64,000 nt of DNA from Salpingoeca rosetta (taxonomy: Eukaryota; Protista; Choanoflagellata), in assembly GCA_033442325.1 (NCBI GenBank), contig JAWQFM010000010.1, positions 879,727 to 943,726 on the forward strand. The letters are read 5' to 3'. Position 1 is the stretch's first letter, and every line of letters begins with the position of its first letter. Below, piece by piece: positions 59,995 through 64,000 of this stretch. The position numbers and the translations under genes are program-made. The notes under the pieces were generated by a model. That model worked only from the letters and a program-made list of their open reading frames with translations, was not told the origin of the DNA and made no database searches.

Positions 59995-61595
59995 ACACAC
60001 GCACATTCACACATGCACAGACATGAGCCATCGGGCATGGTGTAAACGCTGCGTTGCCAAATACGTAGCAAGGATGAGCAAAAAGGTGTTGTCGTAGACA
60101 CGACAACACACCCGCTCCACGTGTTGACGGATATGGACGGCGTGTCAGCAATGACCTCATGCAACCACAGCGCCGGGATGGTCAGCACATCGCCAGGCTG
60201 AAGAGTGACACGATAAACCGGAACTGCAGATGCCTCCCCTGTATGACAATGGGCATGCCATGAGTAAGTGAAGCGCAACATAACCTAAATGAACACTCGT
60301 AACAAGTTTCAAGAAGACGAATCATAAATGTTACATGCAAACACACACACACACACGGACGCACACACACACACACACACACGGACGCACACACACACAC
60401 ACATACACACACACGGACGCACACACACATACACACACATACACACGAAACACCGCCAAAGCTCACCAGTGTAAAAGTTCATGTGGATGCGGGAGAGTTG
60501 GCGCTGTGCGGAGCGGTGGGCTGGATGAAGTGCAGATTGCAGCTTCAATTGCTTGTGGGTACTGGGAGGTGCAAGCAGGAACGTCTTGTTTCCGTACACT
60601 TGGAAGTAGACGTTGTTGAACACGTCATAGTGGGTTGGAGTGCGCGCACCACGCTCTGCGATCCACACATACGGGCGAACCTCAAAGTGGTCCTCGTGCT
60701 CCAACCCACAGGGCACTGCTGCGGCAAAGGGAAAGTCGGATGCCAGCTCTCCCAGATCATCCAGTGGTCCGGCAAAATTGAGGCGAACCTCATCACCAGA
60801 TCGACCTGACATGGTTGGCGTTGCTGCCCCAGTCGCTGCTTCATCTGAGCAGCCTCCACTGCACACAGCTGCGTCCTCGTCTGCTGCGCAGGTTTCATTC
60901 AGGCCGTCATCGCAGACGCTGCTGTTGCCGACGCGAAGGAGCTCCGGGTTGGTGTTTTGGACACTCGTGCAAGCGGCCTTGTCGCCTTCCGCGCAGGCCA
61001 TGTGGGCGAAAAAGGCGTCCGTGGTAAGGTTGTGGCGGGAGAAGTGTGGTCGCCACGTGGCGTTGTACACCTCTGGGTATTGCGCCAGCGGTTGGTCACT
61101 GGGGAACATGTATGAGGAGTTGAGCGACGGCAGGGCCTTGACGTCCCGCATGACCTTCGGTGGTGGCCATGAGGTGGCCAGCTGCTCGGGTGTCCAGTGC
61201 AGGCAGGGCCAGTCCAACAATGCGCCAGCGCCTTGCACGTGGATGGGTTCCCTTTGTTGCAACAATGGTTCAAGTGGGCACTCGGATCGTGCCCGCAATG
61301 CATCCAGGAGTTCCGAGAGGAGGGCATCCACTTCTGGTTCATTCGCACCAGCATCTGTGTCATCAGCGGCGCTCGCTTTCTTCTTCCTGGCACCCAGTGT
61401 GCGGACGGCCTGCCACCACTGATCTCCACTTGATCGTGCCGTTGTTGATTCAATCGCACCATCACCTTCACATCCGCTCGCAGCAACACAACCACCGCCA
61501 CCAGCAACCACCACCACCACAGTCACAACCACAACCACAACAGCAGCCAGGGACGCTGGCCACACCACACCCCTCGCTGCTCTCCTCATCATCAT
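58972..61595 (-). CDS. JmjC/Cupin_8 2-oxoglutarate-Fe(II) oxygenase with an N-terminal signal peptide/anchor
   Basis: VWIAERGARTPTHYDVFNNVYFQVYGNKTFLL and LQPGDVLTIPALWLHEV give an intact HxD..K..H set. Hydrophobic N-terminus WPASLAAVVVVVVTVVVVVAG. Last exon VQELVG...SICCV*. Confidence 0.85.
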
Positions 61596-61674
61596 CACCG
61601 TCGTGGTCCTTCTCCTTTCCTTGTCGTTGCAGAGGAATGGGTGTATTTTCTGCGACTTTTCCACAGACAGAAGG

Positions 61675-61878
61675 ATGAGCGATGAGCGGTTGGTGCTGCA
61701 GGTGCGCTTGTGGCAGGGAGCGAGACGCGCATGGGAGGACGCTGAGGCCAGTGCCCTTGGCCATGCGTCATCATACTGTACAGCACTCACCCGCCTCAGG
61801 TGCGCTGCAGTGTCTGTGTGTCTGTGTGTATGTGTGTCTGTGTGTCTGTGTGTCTGTGTGTATGTGTGTGTTGTATGC

Positions 61879-61913
<35 letters not shown>

Positions 61914-62775
61914 GGAGGGAGACAAACACGTGCGCGCACGTGTGTTGGTGTTAACGTGTGTTTGCGTGTGCGAATTGATTCGCAAAGAGCACCAAGCAAC
62001 ACACCCACTCTCACACGCACTCTCTCACACGCTCTCACAAGCTCTCACACGCTGTCGCATTGTCTCTTTCTCTCATGTCTCTGTATGTCAACGTGTGGCT
62101 GTGCAGGACTCAGTGGCAGACTGTACGTTCGCCACAGCAGGAGCAGCATGAACCCACACCCGAGGATGCCGCTTTCATGAAGGCCATGGATGCACGGGAC
62201 TTTCTCTCGGCCCACCTCAAGAAGCTGGTGCGTCGTTGTGCTGTAGTGTGCAGTGTGAGGGTGGGTGGGTGTGAGTGTGGGTGTGTGGGTGGGTGCGTGT
62301 GAGTGTGAGTGTGGGTGTGGGTGCGTGTGAGTGTGGGTGCGTGGGTGCAAACCATTATCCAATGCTTTGCACATTCATTCATTGCTGCTCACGCCCACGT
62401 GGTGGGTGTGGTTCTCTTGAGCAGGAGGGCATTTTGGAGAAGATGCGTGCGATTGCCAGCAACCTGCAGCGGGAGATGGATCGACAGCAGACCACGCCAT
62501 CGTCAACCCCGCTGCGGCGCGCCAACAAGCCATCATCAACATCGAGGCTGCCGCCATGCGACCTGGCGTCGCACATGTCGGCGCTCGTGGCCCTCCACGA
62601 CAAAGAGCTGCAGTTGAAGCACACCTTGCTGGCAGACATGGGCACCGCGCCCGCTCGCACACACCAGCTGGTGTGTCTCTCCGCGTGGCTGGAGCAGCCT
62701 TTCCTCGCCATTGACGGCCAACACCACCTTGAGGCCATCAGCCAGTGGTTCGCTATCGTCTCTGACAGATCCTGA
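61675..62775 (+). CDS. CINP-like protein (3 exons)
   Basis: C-terminal HDKELQLKHTLLADM...LVCLSAWLEQPFL resembles the recalled CINP motif YRKELLLK...YLSMWLHQPY. N-terminal W-x6-WE helix is present. Confidence 0.65.
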
Positions 62776-63095
62776 GCGGCCCGGGCCCTGGTCGCGCACG
62801 TGCACACGCGAGTGCACGCACCCGTCCATTAATTTTTATGTGATGAAAATGATGCGGCTGGTCGCTGATTTGTGGTGGTGGTTGTGGTGGTTGCGGTGGT
62901 GGTGATGACATGGGGCATGGCGAAGGTGAGACATGGTGCTGTGCTGGGTTGGACACCAAGGATGAGGGTGGCTCGTGCAGTGGCGGACGGGTTTTACTGC
63001 GGCGATGCCAACTTGGGCGTGACACGTAACAGACTGCAGCGACAACAGCAAAAACAAGGGGCCGGCGCTGATGGGGCGAAGGAAGGGCTCAGCGA

Positions 63096-64000
63096 TCACT
63101 GCTTCTTCGCCTTTGCTGCCATGCGCGCCAACGCCTGTCACACGTGCAAATGCAGGCATGGACGTGAGACTCCGACCAACAGCAGCAGCTGCTACTGCAG
63201 CTGCAGAATGTACACCACTCGTGCGCAGTGATGTCTTCCACCACAACAGCAACCCACAACAGCAACCACAACAGCAACCACAACAGCAACCCACAACGAT
63301 GCATCACCACCACGACGGTATCACTTGCTGCATCACCCATCACCACGCACCTGCTTGCGGACTTTCTTCATGGTGCTGATGCTCATCTCGCCGGCGAGCG
63401 GCGGGTAGATGGTGGCAGCAAGGCTCTGCAGTTTGTGCGAGAGCGTGCCCGTTGTGCGCGACTCGTACCCGAGACTGCGCAGGCACGCATTGACCGCTGC
63501 TGGCGCCGTGGCAATGAACAGGTTGGCCTTGGCTCGCACCTGTTTGGTGTGTGTGTGTGTGTGTGCGCGTGTGTGCGTGTATGTGTGCGTGCGTGCCAGT
63601 TAGTGTGTTTGATCTGTGAGGTGACTGCCGTGTTGTCGACTGCCGTCAACCACGGCGCACTAAAACTAGGACCCAAGATAAGCCGTGGTGCTATCGGACA
63701 ATAAACAACAGAAACGTCTTGCAATGACTGCTATTGGGGAGAGAAGGGGGTGATAATGGAGGCAAGGACAACGAGTGCACTGTTGCCGCTGCTGCTGCTG
63801 CTGCTCACCATGTTGGTCTGGATGAAGAGCGGTGTGAAGGAGAGGACATCGATCTTGTTCTCCTTCAGCTCAACGCCAATCGTGTGGCTGACCAGGTTGT
63901 TGTACGCCTGCAAAGCAAAGGAAGCAGGGAGCGCGTGAGTGAGTGTGAGTGTGCGCGTGTGAGTGAGTGAGTGTGTGTGTGTGTGCGTGCGTGCGCGCAT
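63096..64000 (-). CDS. 3' end of an SDR of the very-long-chain 3-ketoacyl-CoA reductase/HSD17B12 type; 5' part is outside the window
   Basis: AYNNLVSHTIGVELKENKIDVLSFTPLFIQTNM|VRAKANLFIAT...LRSLGYESRTTGTLSHKLQ...KVRKQ|ALARMAAKAKKQ*, with a di-lysine ER-retrieval-type tail. Confidence 0.75.

Overview
Eukaryotic, gene-dense, intron-rich window with GT-AG introns filled with (CA)n/(GT)n microsatellites. The style and gene content suggest a choanoflagellate, most likely Salpingoeca rosetta (inference). About 15 genes could be reconstructed by manual splicing, in order: 3' part of a SulP/SLC26-like protein with a C-terminal cyclic-nucleotide-binding domain; DDX56/DBP9; a secreted uncharacterised glycoside-hydrolase-like protein; a signal peptide-TPR-GT61 glycosyltransferase ending in HDEL; a PH-SH2-PTB-SH3 adaptor; IFT22 apparently spliced in frame to a truncated CCDC96; a ~2117-aa type II membrane receptor; TTLL7; PTGES2; an ABCC4/MRP4-like exporter; a CCDC57-like coiled-coil protein; a signal-bearing JmjC protein; a CINP-like protein; and the 3' end of an HSD17B12-like ketoacyl reductase. 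The best novelty candidate is the receptor at 27930-34712 (-). It looks like an 'inverted Toll-like receptor': a cytoplasmic N-terminal TIR-like domain (catalytic Glu apparently replaced by Gln), repeated paired-tyrosine motifs, one TM helix, and a C-terminal ectodomain of roughly 60 LRR/L-domain-like repeats. Most ORFs in the supplied track are microsatellite or antisense artefacts. All family assignments come from recalled motifs; no database search was run.
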